Assembly (NCBI RefSeq): GCF_006345805.1
Contig: NC_042999.1
Location: forward strand, 110,174,001 to 110,238,000
From: Octopus sinensis
Taxonomy: Eukaryota
Length of the DNA: 64,000 bases
Direction of reading: 5' to 3'
Shown here: positions 24,522 through 37,523 of the stretch, in pieces
Numbering within the stretch: position 1 is the first letter of the stretch
Layout: every line of letters begins with the position of its first letter
Position numbers and translations under genes: made by a program
Notes under the pieces: generated by a model
The model's database searches: none
Told to the model about the DNA's origin: nothing
Seen by the model: only the letters and a program-made list of their open reading frames with translations

Positions 24522-24683
24522 GGCGCAGGAGTAGCTGTGTGGTAAGTAGCTTGCTTCCGAACCACATGGTTCTGGGTTCAGTCCCACTACGTGGCACCTT
24601 GGGCAAGTGTCTTCTACTGTAGCCTCAGGCTGACCAAAGCCTTGTGAGTGGATTTAGTTGATGGAAACTGAAAGAAGCCCGTC

Positions 24684-24719
<36 letters not shown>

Positions 24720-24963
24720 CATATATATATATGTGTGTGTGTGTGTGCGTATGTGTGTGTGTCTGTGTGTTTGTCCCCCCAACATCGCTTGACAACTGAT
24801 GCTGGTGTGTTTACATCCCCGTCACTTCATGGTTCGGCAAAAGACACCAATGGAATAAGTACTAGGCTTACAAAGAATAAGTCCTGGGGTCAATTTGCTC
24901 GACTAAAGGTGGTGCTCTAGCATAGCCACAATCCAATGACTGAAACAAGTAAAAGAGTGAAAG
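24522..24963 (+). mobile_element. SINE family A, full length
   Basis: GGCGCAGGAGTAGCTGTGTGGTAAG..AACAAGTAAAAGAG. Confidence 0.93.
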
Positions 24964-25643
24964 TAGGTAGAGTTTTTTCTTTATCTAATTTTTGCATTTA
25001 TAAATTGAGGTCCTGTTCTATATTTAGTGTATCTTGACCATTTCGTTAACTTACTGGGGTCAACATAAGCAACTAACCCCTTCCCTCAAAATTTCAGGCC
25101 TTGTGCTTATAGTAGAAAGAATTATTTCATGTCAGCGTCTTTTAACATATGTTCCAAATACCATTTTAATAACAAAGAAGGTATTTTTTAAACTAATAGT
25201 AACACCACTCTCCAGCTGTTTTTTTTTACAAGTTTGTGTAGTTAATATGTATATTGTCACCTGTTTTTATGTGTGTGTATGTGTGTGTGTGTGTATATAT
25301 ATATAAACGTTTTCTAAGCGTCACCCACTTTTCTTGTCTTCTGGGCCCCAAAGCAGTATTTTGTTCCACTGTATGTCTTTGTCCACCGTCCCAAATCACA
25401 CTGTGTCGGTTTGCTTGTTTTGCTTTGTTTTGTTTGCTCTTGTCCCGAATTCTACACAAAAAGAAGAACTTCCTTTTGCAGGCACCGCCAATTGGGAAGC
25501 ATTCAGCTTTATCATTAAAAGTGTGAAACTGAAAAAGTACCATTTGTTGATAAGTGATGAAGAATTATGGACTTTCTGTTTGTCTCATGTTTATTTTTAC
25601 ATTCAGTATAAGGTTTGTTGTTTGTTTATATATTTTTTCCTTT

Positions 25644-25739
<96 letters not shown>

Positions 25740-26294
25740 ACACTGCCTGCTATGTCCTAACTAACTAACTAACTTTCATAATATGAGATACTTAAGTGTA
25801 ATTTGAGGGAAATTTCTTTGCTGCTTCTAATAAGTTGAGTTCTTCTGGTTTGTGTTAGAGTGGTTATGAATTACTTAGAAAGAGTGTGAAAGATGGTGGA
25901 AAGACTGACTGGGCATGGAATATTCTGAACTGAATCTTGATGCCATTGGTCAGAAAATACATTGCTGCACTTATCCTCAGGGACTGTGAAGACACAGTGA
26001 AACAAGAGTGCTTTTATAAAGCACAAGTTGTTGAATAAAGCACAAGTTGAACCAACAGGGTGGTTAGATATCTTGGTTAACTTTGGTTTGGTTGATAGAA
26101 CTATTAAGAAAATCAAAAGCAGTGAAAATGGCATTCTCAGAGATAGTTGCAAAGATGTTAACACAATATCTTGAAATGCAGTATAGACTGGAAGTTATAG
26201 AGACTGATGAGCCAAGTCTTTGAAATAGCTTAAAAAACTTTGCTAAAATTATTTTCAGAAAGACTTATCTTGGATAAGTGTCAGCTGTCATATT

Positions 26295-26690
26295 TGTGGT
26301 AAAATATCTGCTAGAGAAGATATTAGGTAGATAAAACCATTCTGATATCTATTTGTTGATCTGGACATCTTTAACAGGTTCCATCTCTCACTTCTTGGTG
26401 GATATGAATCAAACTATATGTAGATATATGACTTGTGAGAACTGTTTAAGCTATGTGTGAAGAAATGTTTGGGAGGTTGCAAATTTAGTGAGGAATTTCA
26501 TGTACAAATAGCTGTCCATCATGGTACTATTCCCAGTCTTTTTCTCTTCATTATAATTCCTTAGATTATAACAAGAAGTCATTGGGAAACTTTACTTGCT
26601 GATAATCTAGTTCTTATTGTAGTATTAGCTAAAGAATTTCAGAAGAAGCCCCACTCCTGGAAGTATAGTCCAAAGGCCTGAAACACAAAA
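26295..26690 (+). pseudogene. Heavily decayed RTE-type reverse transcriptase
   Basis: Across frameshifts: YLFVDL..FNR, FSEEFHVQIAVHHGTIPSLFLF (cf. GVHQGSVLSPLLF), WETLLADNLVLI (cf. WELLYADDLVLI). Confidence 0.7.
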
Positions 26691-27289
26691 TCTCATTTAC
26701 CACCTGGTGCATAATTATTCTTCATATGTAAGAAATATGTATTTTGGCAATTGATTCTGAGTAAGAAGGACAATGAAAGGTTACACAAAAGGTATGTGGG
26801 ATCTCTGGCCCACAGACGACCTGGATATTAGATGTCTTTAATTCACAGGATTAATTAGTATTATAAGAGCTGGGATCAGATATCCATAAACTATGATGGA
26901 GTTGAAAAGGTAATCTCATAGGATTGGTTATCGTTGATGCTCTCAGAAAGTGAACCCCACCCATATATCTTGACGTATAGAAATAAAAGCCAAGCAATCT
27001 CATGCTTATATGAGCAACTATGCCATGAACAGATTTAAAAAGGATTTTTTAAAAAATATTTAAAGAGATTGGCTTAAATATAACCATTAGAGTTAACTTA
27101 ATGAAAGATATAATGATTAATATAAATGCAGGCAAACATTACCCTTAGAAAAACCCATATGCGGATACCATATATATACGCACAAAATACTTTAAAAATC
27201 TAAATCCTTTGCGCAAAAATGTTTTCATTATAATTGTGAAATATTTAATCCGATAATTACTTTTACAGCTCATTTTTGTGAGTTAGATT

Positions 27290-27663
27290 TTAGTGTTGGC
27301 TTTAATGTTTGATGTGATTTTGGCACCCTTTGTAAAATATTTTACAAAGAAATTAATGGTGTTTGTATTCTTGGAGTTTCAACTATTTCTGTATACCTCT
27401 GGTTCTGACATCAGGTTGTGTATAAGCAGCAAACTCGATGTATTATTCTGTTCTGGAGTTATCATGTGCCCTTATGACTGCGTGTGTACCGTTGGCAATT
27501 ATTTTCCTCTGTTTTCCCTTCTTTGGATCTTTCCTTTTCCTATGTTTCTGACGAAGAGCTCTGCTCGAAACGGTAAACCCTCCTTCTTTCCTTCTTTCCT
27601 GAGCGTCCAATCATACTATACTTGTTCCATGTTCTTGTGTTGTGTTTTCATGTTTGGATTAAC
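27290..27663 (+). mobile_element. PLE-like repeat fragment ending in (TA)n and carrying a minimal HHR; its 3' part recurs inverted at ~29822-29922
   Basis: 27580-27663 is the reverse complement of 29822-29922; HHR at 27544-27578. Confidence 0.55.
27544..27578 (+). ncRNA. Minimal hammerhead motif lacking a foldable stem III
   Basis: GTTT-CTGACGA-A-GAGC-TCT-GCTC-GAAAC-GGT-AAAC. Confidence 0.65.
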
Positions 27664-27765
27664 TTTATATATATATAATATAAATAATATATAAATATAT
27701 GCATATATACATACATATATGTACATACCTATATCTATATGTATATATACATGCATATATGGGTA

Positions 27766-28075
27766 CAGGACATCAAGAAAACGTTGAACACAATGAGAAA
27801 TGCAAACATAAAAACAAAAACATAGAAACAAACTTTTTTTCAAACAACGAAAAAAACAGAGTACAAGATATACAACACAAGGAATATTCCCCTTCTTCAG
27901 GTGTCGCTGTTTTGTCTACTCCGCATTTCGAAGGTAGGGAAAAGACACGACTTTATCGAAACAGTCCTTCCCACAAAGTGAATTAAATAAAATTTGAGAT
28001 TTTGTGTGGAGGGTAAAAGTGGTAACCAGAACAGGACAGTAAGAACAAAACAAGACAGTAAAAACAATATATAAA
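27766..28075. mobile_element. Unclassified interspersed repeat starting in a (TA)-rich tract (PLE-like context)
   Basis: A-rich block abutting a microsatellite; no second copy in the window. Confidence 0.35.
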
Positions 28076-29257
28076 TACTTGAGTTTGAGAAATGTATTCT
28101 TGTTGAGCTCACAATCATAACATGGTCCAGTGTGGAATGTCATATCCTTAAGCAAGGTGCTTCATTTCATGTTACTCCAGTCAAACTCAACTAAAAAGGA
28201 GTACCTACCAGGTGTTGACAGAGCTCTCTCTCTCTCTCTCTCTCATTCTCTCTGCCTCCTGCTGCCATGTCTCTAATTTTCTACTTGATCAATGGGTGTT
28301 AATGGCTGAGAGGGTGTCCATTTGTGCTTGTAACAAAACAAGCAAAGAAAAAAATTAGCAAAAGTATGGTGCTAACTACCTGGTCATAATTGTTTGGTAG
28401 GTGCATTAAGACTGAATAGTTAAAGAATTTACTTCACAACCATAAGGTCTCAGGTTCAGTCCCACTGCATTGCAGTTTTGGCAAAGTGTCCCCTTTTTAG
28501 AGTCTGAGCACAATTTGTATCTTGCAAGTGAAATTGAGTAGATGGAGATTGAAATTGTATAGATACCTGACCATGTCACAAACTCTGTCGTGCTTATTAT
28601 GCATGAGAATTATATTAATGGTATACACGTCTATGGAATACTCTGCCACTTAAATGCTAATTCAATGGGCATGGTAATTCAGTTGATTGGACAACTGAAT
28701 TCTTATTGAACAGCAAAGCACCATCACCAAGTTCATATAGTATGATTTTTTTAAATTTTCAAGTGTCTCACCATTTTAGCTATACCTATATGTCAATACT
28801 TAACTATCACTCAATCTCTATCTCTTTCTCTCCGCACACACAAACACACACATACATATACACATACACACACTTGCAAACAGATACATGTGTGCCACTT
28901 AATATTAACGAATTAGAAAGTTATATAAATATGTAAACAATAAAACTGAAAAGACAAAATGTAATAACCTCTAGTGGGAATTACACTATACATCTCCTTG
29001 TTAAATTTCCCATTGGGAAATATTAAAAAATTTATGGTATTGAATATATGTATATCGGTGAATTTAAATAGAAGATTTCAATTGCCACTATTAAGTATAT
29101 GTGTTAGTGTATATATATATATATATATAAAACAACTTTCATAACTATGCATATATATCTGTATTATATGTGTGTGTGTGTGTGAATTGATATGTATATA
29201 AAACACATGCACAGATATGCCTACACATTCACACATATACATACAAGCACTGTCACC

Positions 29258-29294
<37 letters not shown>

Positions 29295-29719
29295 GCATGC
29301 ACACAAATCCCACAAGGGTTGACAAAAACATGAATTAGGAAGATTTGCATAATCGAATATATATATATATATGTATACATGTGTGTCTGTGTGTATGTAT
29401 ATATGTGTATATATACATGTGTGTCTGTGTGTATACATATATGTATTTGTATATAAACAAATTTATAAATATATATATATGTATATGTGTATGTATATAT
29501 TTACACATATACATGTTGTCACACATGTGAAAGCATAATCTCTAAACAGATTATTTATTTTTTTAACACTCCAGTGTGGGAAGAATGTTTTACCAGTTTC
29601 AGCCACTTTAAATATATTACCAAAATATTTTCGATTCTCAGTGAGAAAATTTCACAGTCTGTTTGCATGCTATTTATGCTTATTCATATGAATATTTGTA
29701 TGAATGGATATCTTTTCAA

Positions 29720-29756
<37 letters not shown>

Positions 29757-29930
29757 TGTATGTATGTGTGTATATATATATATATATAATATATATATAT
29801 ATATATGTATGTATGTATGTATATAGTTAATCCAAACATGAACAAAGAGAAAACACAACAACGCGAGGACGTGGAACAAGTATAGTGTTATTGGATGGTC
29901 AGGAAAGGAAAGAAAGAAGGAGAATATGTG

Positions 29931-29965
<35 letters not shown>

Positions 29966-30139
29966 ATGTATCTATATTTCTAAATATATGTTCATACATA
30001 TATAAATGTGTAATATATATATATATTTTAATATTTAACTTAGGCATAACTATACTAATAACTTGGTGTTAGAACTCAGTATACATACTCGTATGCTTTA
30101 GATGAGTATAGAGCAGAATAAGAGATCATACAAATGAGA

Positions 30140-30372
30140 AAGAAACAAGAAATTATGTAATGAATGCATTAGTGTACAGGTATTTCTGCTGTAATATGCA
30201 ATGCACTCTTATTTGAGTTTTTGTATATGACTTTATAGCTTCATTGATGCTTCAAAACTGAAGTTCTGATGAAGCTATGAGGTGATACACAAGCATTCAA
30301 TCTGAGTGCATGGCATGTTGTAGCAGACACAGCTGTAAGCTAATGAAGTTCATTGCATAATTTCTTGTCCCT
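30140..30372. ncRNA. Imperfect palindrome with two degenerate hammerhead motifs, one per strand
   Basis: Plus: AGTT-CTGATGA(30266)-AGCTATGA..TTGTAGCA-GACAC-AGCT-GTA-AGCT. Minus (30172-30250): CAATGA-AGCTATAA..TTACAGCA-GAAAT-ACCT-GTA. Confidence 0.6.
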
Positions 30373-30387
30373 TGTCATATATACATA

Positions 30388-31275
30388 CATGGTCTAATCA
30401 ATAAGTATCTGGACTGTTGCTATAGTAATGAAGCTAAAGCATGCAGAATGAAGCTGCTTGGCGCAGATTAACCTTAAACTCTGCTGTGCATGTGCACTAA
30501 ATTTTAATGTTCTGGTTCACTTCTGCTGTTTACAGCAGTGCTTGGAAGGAAGGTGTGTAGCATGTGTTCATTGCACTGACCATGACAAAGTTGAGCTGAG
30601 AATCTGCATCAAATTTTGCAAAAATCTAGGTGATACCTGCTGAAAGGCCTATGCAAAGTATTCAAAAAGTTTTCATTGTTCTCAACACAATCAAGGAGAT
30701 CTTGTGCAACTGAAACCTGAGTGTCCTTTTGGTTAGCTGAAAGCAGTTTTGGCACAAACTTGGCAGACATGAATCTCATATCTAAATCTTCAGTGATAAT
30801 GGACTGAACTGAACCGTATCTAATCTGCACATCCTCTGATAAGTCACGGATGGTGATACAATGATTTCCCCTCACAGCTGCATGCATATCTGCGATGTTT
30901 TCCTCAGTTCGGCTGGTTGTGGGTCTCCCAGAACGTTTGTGAATATCGACAATTTTCAGCCATTTTGGAAACGTCTGAACCACTTGTACCCTTGTGTGCA
31001 GCTCATACACTCCTCTCCATTCACTTTCTGCAACTTTGCATAGGCCTCTGAGCAGGTATTGCCATGACAACTTTCTCTGTCATGGTCAATGCAATGATAA
31101 CCCACTACACATGTTCCTTCTAAACTCTGCTGTAAACAGTGAATGTGTGCTAGAACATTAAAACTTAGTGTACATGCACAGCAGAGTTTAAGGTCAATCT
31201 TTGCCAAGTGGCTTCATTCTATGTACTCTTGCTTTGTTACTATGACAACAATTTGGATACTTATTGATATCCATA
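30388..31275 (-). mobile_element. Mariner-derived non-autonomous element with two inverted left ends (~240-270 bp each) and an N-terminal transposase remnant
   Basis: 30388-30659 is the reverse complement of ~31032-31275; the minus strand encodes EAYAKLQKVNGEECMS..YKWFRRF..SGRPTTSRTEENI..ITIRDLSE..SAKFVPKLL (mariner HTH and WVPHEL-like motif). Confidence 0.9.
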
Positions 31276-31437
31276 TATGTGTGTGCATATATATGTGTGT
31301 GTATGTGTGTGTGCATGTGTGTGTGTGTGAAGGGATGATAATGAAAATGAGGGATGGATGTTAATAGGAAATGGTTGCAAGGGAAGAAAGAGGTAACTTG
31401 TAGCATGAAAGGAGGAGCACAAAATATTTACTGTTTC

Positions 31438-31648
31438 TAAGATGGTGAGCTGGTAGAAACATTAGCACACCAGGAGAAATGCTTAGCGGTATTTCATCTG
31501 TCTTTATGTTCTGAGTTCAAATTCTGCTGAGGTCGACTTTGCCTTTCATCCTTTTGGGATCAGTAAATTACTGGGGTCGATCTAATTGACTGCCCCCCAC
31601 CTCACCCAAAAAGATTTCAGGCCTTGCGCCTAGAGTAGGAAAGAATAT
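31438..31648 (+). mobile_element. SINE family B
   Basis: GGTGAGCTGGTAGAAACATTAGCAC..GAGTTCAAATTCTGCTGAGGTCGACTTTGCCTTTCATCC. Confidence 0.9.
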
Positions 31649-31844
31649 TTGCTTTTTCTGCACTGTATAACACATTAATTAAGATATATTAAAAGAAAAT
31701 ACATAGTGTACCATAGATAAGTAAACAAAGAACTGCACATACCGTATGGAAAACGAAACTCAGGAGGTGAGCGTGTGATCTTGTTTTGCATTTATGATAG
31801 AAAATTATAAAAATGATATACAAATTATAAAAATAATAATAAAA

Positions 31845-31936
31845 TATATACAGTACAGTACTGTTTCTACTTTGTGGATTTTCACCTATCACAGAGGTTT
31901 TGGAATGTAACACCCACAATAGTCGAGGGATTATTG
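31845..31936. mobile_element. Tigger/pogo-like MITE end
   Basis: GGAATGTAACACCCACAATAGTCGAGGGATTATTG|TA resembles the reverse complement of a CAGTAATCCCTCG-type TIR followed by TA. Confidence 0.5.
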
Positions 31937-32544
31937 TATGTATATATATCTGTCCATAGGTATTGTTTTATTATTTTTGTCAATATTGTAATATTTCAAC
32001 AATCTTTCAATTTCTCTCATTCTCTCCCGATCTCTTACTCTTTCCCTCTCTTTTTTTTTCAACTAACTTCTTCTCTTCATCAGTGTATAATACATATTCA
32101 AGGAGAATTCACTCGCTGCATATTTTATTTCATTAATTAATTTTAAATAGCAATATTTGTTACCAGAATATTAAATTCAGATGGATCTGCCTTTTGAAGA
32201 AATTAAGAAGCTCTTTTTTTTTTGTTAGAAAAAAGATAAGATATAACAAAAAAAAATTACAATTCTTTTTAAAAACAAAATAATAAAAAAAGTTTATGAA
32301 TAATCCAATCCTGTTACTGTATATACACCAACAACACATATATATATATTCTCATACACAAGTGTATATACATTCACAGCTATTCATGGAGAAAAAAATT
32401 TCAAATTGAGATGGAGCCATTTTCTAATGATATTTCATATCAACGATAAATGGATAAAACTTAAAGCTATTACTTATTCAAGACATTTCGCTAAATACTG
32501 CAAAGTAGGTTTTATACTTATACAGACACATGCCATTTTGCAAA

Positions 32545-32571
32545 TATGATATGCATATATGTATGTATGTA

Positions 32572-32602
<31 letters not shown>

Positions 32603-32709
32603 ATGTATTTATGTATGTATGTATGTATATATGTGAGTATGTATGTCTGTGTGTACGTATGTGCACATATATACATATGTATATCTGTACCTGTCTATCT
32701 ATCAGTTTG

Positions 32710-32755
<46 letters not shown>

Positions 32756-32785
32756 CATGCAATATATATATATGCATGCAATATA
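32545..32785. repeat. (TATG)n/(TATC)n microsatellite
   Basis: Direct reading. Confidence 0.9.
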
Positions 32786-33149
32786 TTCGATAACAATAAT
32801 AAAAATACACTCTCTCAGCTACAATAGACAATATTTCTTCACGTAAAGGATTTTTAGCAAAGAACTCACTGAATGTGAAAAAAATTAGTCAAGCCATCAT
32901 CAGGGGAAATGATGAAAGAGACTATCTATTATAAAAAGATTCTCAAATCCATTTGGTTGAAAAAACCCTGAAATGTTATAAAGGAACTGAAACATTTAAA
33001 ACTCCGATATTGTCTTTTTTCTTAGCAAAAAATTTTGCCCAGTGACTTGAGAAGCTAAAGTCACTGAAAATATATAATGTTAAATTAACTTACAGAGATG
33101 ATGATGATAGCAGTAGTAGTAGTAGTAGTAGTAGTAAAAATAATAATGA

Positions 33150-33490
33150 AGCCCATTTGATTCCAGGATCATAAACAAGACAAAAATAAAAAATATACAA
33201 TCCCTTAAAATTTGAAATTGCAAGAATTTGGAATAAGAAAGCTGTAAAGGTTGTGCCTGAACTGTATGCAAAGCTATAGATAAACGGTTGAAGGAGATTG
33301 GAATAGAATGTCCTGTAGAGCTTTTACAGGAAGTTTGTCTCTTAGAGATGGGAAAGATTATCAGGAGAGCTCCAAGTACTTGAAAGACTATTGAAAGCTT
33401 GTGGTTACCTAAAGTTACAGGTAGTAACCTGCCGTGCCCACATAGATCTTACCAGGAATAAGACGAAATCTGAGTTAAATCAATAATAAT
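33150..33490 (+). mobile_element. R4/Dong-type LINE 3' remnant
   Basis: LKFEIARIWNKKAVKVVP..LKEIGIECPVELLQEVCLL..KIIRRA, then a UTR and (TAA)n. Confidence 0.75.
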
Positions 33491-33724
33491 AGCGATAATA
33501 ATAAAGTTAGTAGAAATAGAATATCTCAGATACAATAGACAATATTTCTTTGTGTAAAGGATATTTTTTTGTGAAGAATCCAATAAATATGAAGAAATAT
33601 TCAAATTCAAGGAATATATAATTAGATGTGATAATCTAAAAATAATTGGCACTCAAAATAAAGACACTGTAAAATATAATGAACTGTATGTATATATAGT
33701 AACAAATACATACATATACATATA

Positions 33725-33999
33725 CAGGGGTTGGACAAAATAATGGAAACACCTAGCATCATAGCATCATAATTTTGAAATATCTATAAAACCATCAAAA
33801 GCTTGTTTATTTTTATGTTTTTTTTTATTTAATATTAGTGTTGTTTAATGTGTTTTGCTAAAATTGCTGTTTCTTTTTAGATATCACTAGAAAAAGGTAA
33901 TTAAAATTCATTAAAATGACACATCTATTGGACTTTCAAAGCAGTCAAATTGTTGATGCTTGTATGGCAGGTGCTAGCATAATGAAAACAGCCAAAATG
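33725..33999 (+). mobile_element. Tc1-family 5' end (TIR and transposase start), truncated
   Basis: TA|CAGGGGTTGGACAAAATAATGGAAACACC; ATG at 33916 gives MTHLLDFQSSQIVDACMAGASIMKTAK (cf. DLSDFQRGQIVGARLAGAS). Confidence 0.85.
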
Positions 34000-34744
34000 G
34001 TAGGAGCTCTCTGAACTTTGCTCAGGCTGTTCTTATTCTAGCAGCTATACTCTCAGCATCCACCCCCACTACTAACTTGGTCACCTAGGTAATGGAAATT
34101 ATCAACTATTTGTAGTTTTTCTTCCTGACATGAGACAGAAGCTGTTTTCTGCACATTTTCAGTGTTTATTGCCCCTGAGCATTTGCAACACACAAAAACT
34201 ATTTTCCCAGTTAGCCTTCCTTTGATATTGCTGCACCTCTTATGTGTCCATAGCTTACACTGGGTAAATCTTATATAAATATATATCTGTATGTAGGTGT
34301 ATACCTACTTAAAATGCTAAGAGGTTACACAGGAATAAATGTACATAGAAAATATAAGAACAAAATACTTAGAAAATTTTATAATGGACAACAGAGAGAC
34401 AGTATATATTAGGATTACTGGTTTTGCTTGTTTAAGATGACTTCTTTATGCTGGAATAAAATGGAAAGAATAATCCAAATAAATTGAATCAAACTTCCAT
34501 AATATCAATTCTAGAAGTTCATTTATTTTTCTTATAAGCATTACCTGCATTTCATGTCCTTCTGATTGTTGCTTGTTGAGAATCTATGCATGCTAATACA
34601 AGACCCACATTAAATTCCTCACTCGCATCACTATCGAACCAAGAGTTTAACTACAGTCTGTCTTTAGCACTTCCTTACCATTACCTGCCACTCTTTAGGT
34701 CTTCTAGATACCAATACCTTTTATATATATATATATATATAAAA

Positions 34745-35120
34745 CATTATTGGTGAATTGAAGAAATGGAGCTGAACGCAGATTGAACAGAAAACGTTTT
34801 ATTTCATTCTACACGTGTTTCGAAAGGCACAAATTACCAAAATCCGATTGAATAATGGGACCATATTGTGTCTTTCTCTTCAGGAAGAAAATAGGAAATC
34901 CGTTGGAAAAACAAAAACAGAACAGAGGCGGAGCAAAAACAAATCGAACTATGCTCCTAAGAGCCCATGGCGAAACTGTTTATCAGTGTATGTTGAGAAC
35001 CGGTGGCTGAAGAATTTAACGGGTCGTGCTGTTTACTGCTGTGATTTTTGCTACTAAGGTATCGGTTAAACTTTTGATTAATCTACTACAAGATTATTCA
35101 TCTTTCTATTTCACATAATA
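34745..35120 (-). mobile_element. PLE-like fragment between (TA)n tracts, carrying an HHR
   Basis: Flanked on both sides by (TA)n; the sequence 3' of the HHR (CTGCGTTCAGCTCCATTT) resembles 63267-63285 and the 11108 arm. Confidence 0.6.
34802..34890 (-). ncRNA. Type I hammerhead ribozyme motif, intact core
   Basis: Minus strand: TTTCTTC-CTGAAGA-GAAAGACACAA..TTGTGCCTTTC-GAAAC-ACGT-GTA-GAATGAAA; stem II 10/11 bp; palindromic loop III. Confidence 0.85.
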
Positions 35121-36988
35121 TATATATATATATATATTTCTCTATGTCTTTATAGATACACTTGTGCACTAATATATTAACATTATGCTTTTGACATGCG
35201 GCTTCATGTTTCTAGCCAAAACATTGCTATTTGATGTCTGACCATTTCCAGAGGAAGCAACAAAAGAGGCTGATATATTACCAATAATTTATACAGTATT
35301 GATGAAGTACATTTTATCTTGCTACTGGCACTAGAGAGGTTACTTTCTTTCTAGACAGGTCACTTTTGCTATCGTCTGTGGAGTCAATGATTCTTCTGTT
35401 CATTCTTTCCTATTTTGTATGGCATGAAAATTTTATTTCCTGTAGGAAAATTATTTTTATCAATATACTAGAGAGGTCTGAGGTAGAACTAGCAATATTT
35501 CACTAACCTATGTCAATTTGTATACATAGGTTACAAACTCTATAGTTTTTGAGTCCATGCCACCATCTGTTCCTCACATTCTTTTTGGCTTGTTTTTTAC
35601 ACTAACCACCATATGTATTTATGAGGTATATGTTGTGTGTAGAGAAGCACACACTTGGCTATAGATTAAACAAAATCTACCAATGAACCTTACATTCAAT
35701 TAAACTGTTCAGTTTTTCAACTTTTGCCGCCTGAAGTGTAATTTGTATTTAATTTATAAATCTACTGTTTCTGGCCTAGAGATAATCTGCACTAAACAGA
35801 AAAATTACAAACCTAAGATAAAAAAGAAAGAAAGAAAGAAAGAAAGAAGAGAAGAAAAAACTTTTGTATTCCCTGCTTCTCTTGATATAATGCTTCATAC
35901 TACGATGTATTTTTAAGTACTTTCTTTATCTTATTCTCTATTTTGTCTTTTGTGAAATTTCTTATTGACCAAAGCAATTTTTTTTCCTGTAAAGTACACA
36001 AAAGTTTTTTCCTTATTGTTTATTTTTTTACTCTCTTTCTATTTCACCTTATTTTAATTTAATATAATCAGTTTTGTTGTTGATGCTGTGCTCCTATCAC
36101 CATTATCATTGCTGTTATTGCTTTTATTTGAATTATCTTATTGTTTACCATTTTTTGTTCTTTTCTATTTTGATTTCATTTTTAAAAAATTTTAACCTGC
36201 TAAAATTTCTTTGCAGCTATAAGAAAGAATAAAGAGTGAGAAAAATAATGAGCTTTTTGCTTAATTCATCTAAGGGATCCTTGATGATTTGTTTATCCCC
36301 TCTGAGAGTAGTTTTATCTTCCTTTATCTATTTTTTTCTATTTTTTTTCTTAATGTTAAATAAATATATTCATTAAAACTCAACGAAAGACACACACTTA
36401 CGGCTGTATACACTTAAAGAAAATAAAAAGAAACAAAAATTAGAAAAAAAGAAATCCCAAAATTTGAAACAGTTAAATTACAAAAGAGAAACAGTAAATC
36501 ACTCCACATAACAATTTGAAGATTAGAAAACAATTGTGGAAATCACTAGAATGGCAAAAGAAAAGAATTGTTTTTCTGAGTATGGTGTGCATCACATTTA
36601 TCAGTCTATCATCTATCACATTCTGAAGTTCTTTCTTTGATTGCACCTTTCAGCAAGGACTTGTTTTCTTGTATCTTGAAGGTAATGAAGCAATTCTCAG
36701 TAAGAATTACGCAACAACTGTTAAATAGTAAACAATTAAAGTGTTCCATAGATCTGAATTTGTTATGAGAAATTGTTCATCAGACAGATTCCTTTGAAGC
36801 AGTTCTAGGGATACCAAAAACCTACCTCTTGTAGTTATCATTGCTTTTCAGCACATTGATGATCTATTGCATTATTATTTAAATCAATTTCATTCTTTTT
36901 TCTTTTTTGTGTGTGTGTGGAGATTTAGTATTCATTTTTATTAGAAATCAATTCTTATTATTGTTAATATTATTATTGTTATTATTAT

Positions 36989-37475
36989 TAAGGTGGCAAG
37001 CTTAATGATTAGCGACATTTCATCTGCCTTTACGTTATGAGTTCATATTCGGCCGAGGTAGACTTTTCCTTTTATCCTTTCAGGGTCGATAAATTAAGTA
37101 CCAGTGAAACACTGGGGTTGATGTAATCAAATAGTACCCTCCCCCAAAATTTCAGGCCTAGTGCCTTTAGTAGAAAAGATTATTATTATTATTGTTCTTG
37201 TTCTTGTTTCTTTGGGGGTGACTTTGCCTTTCATCCTTCTGAAAACGATAAAATAAGTACCAGTTGAATACTGCAGTTGATGTAATCGACTTTAACCCCT
37301 CACCCAAAATTGCTGGCCTTGTGCCAAAATTTGAACCCATTATTATTAATATTTTTGTTCCTCCAAGGTTGGTTCTGCTCTTCGTTCTTTCAGGATCAAT
37401 AAAAATAAGAACCAGCCAAGTCCTGGGGTCATTGATGTCAATCTTTCCCCTAAAAATGTTGGCCTTGTGCCCAAA
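36989..37475 (+). mobile_element. Three tandem SINE family B copies or fragments
   Basis: Repeated ..TCCTTT..GATAAA.TAAGTACCAG..GATGTAATC..GGCCTTGTGCC units at ~36989, ~37215 and ~37360. Confidence 0.8.
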
Positions 37476-37477
37476 AC

Positions 37478-37523
<46 letters not shown>

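Noticed and set aside
27881-27935. Permuted (type II) hammerhead on the minus strand
   Set aside because: GAAA and CTGAAGA are present but stem II is out of register and stems I and III do not pair.
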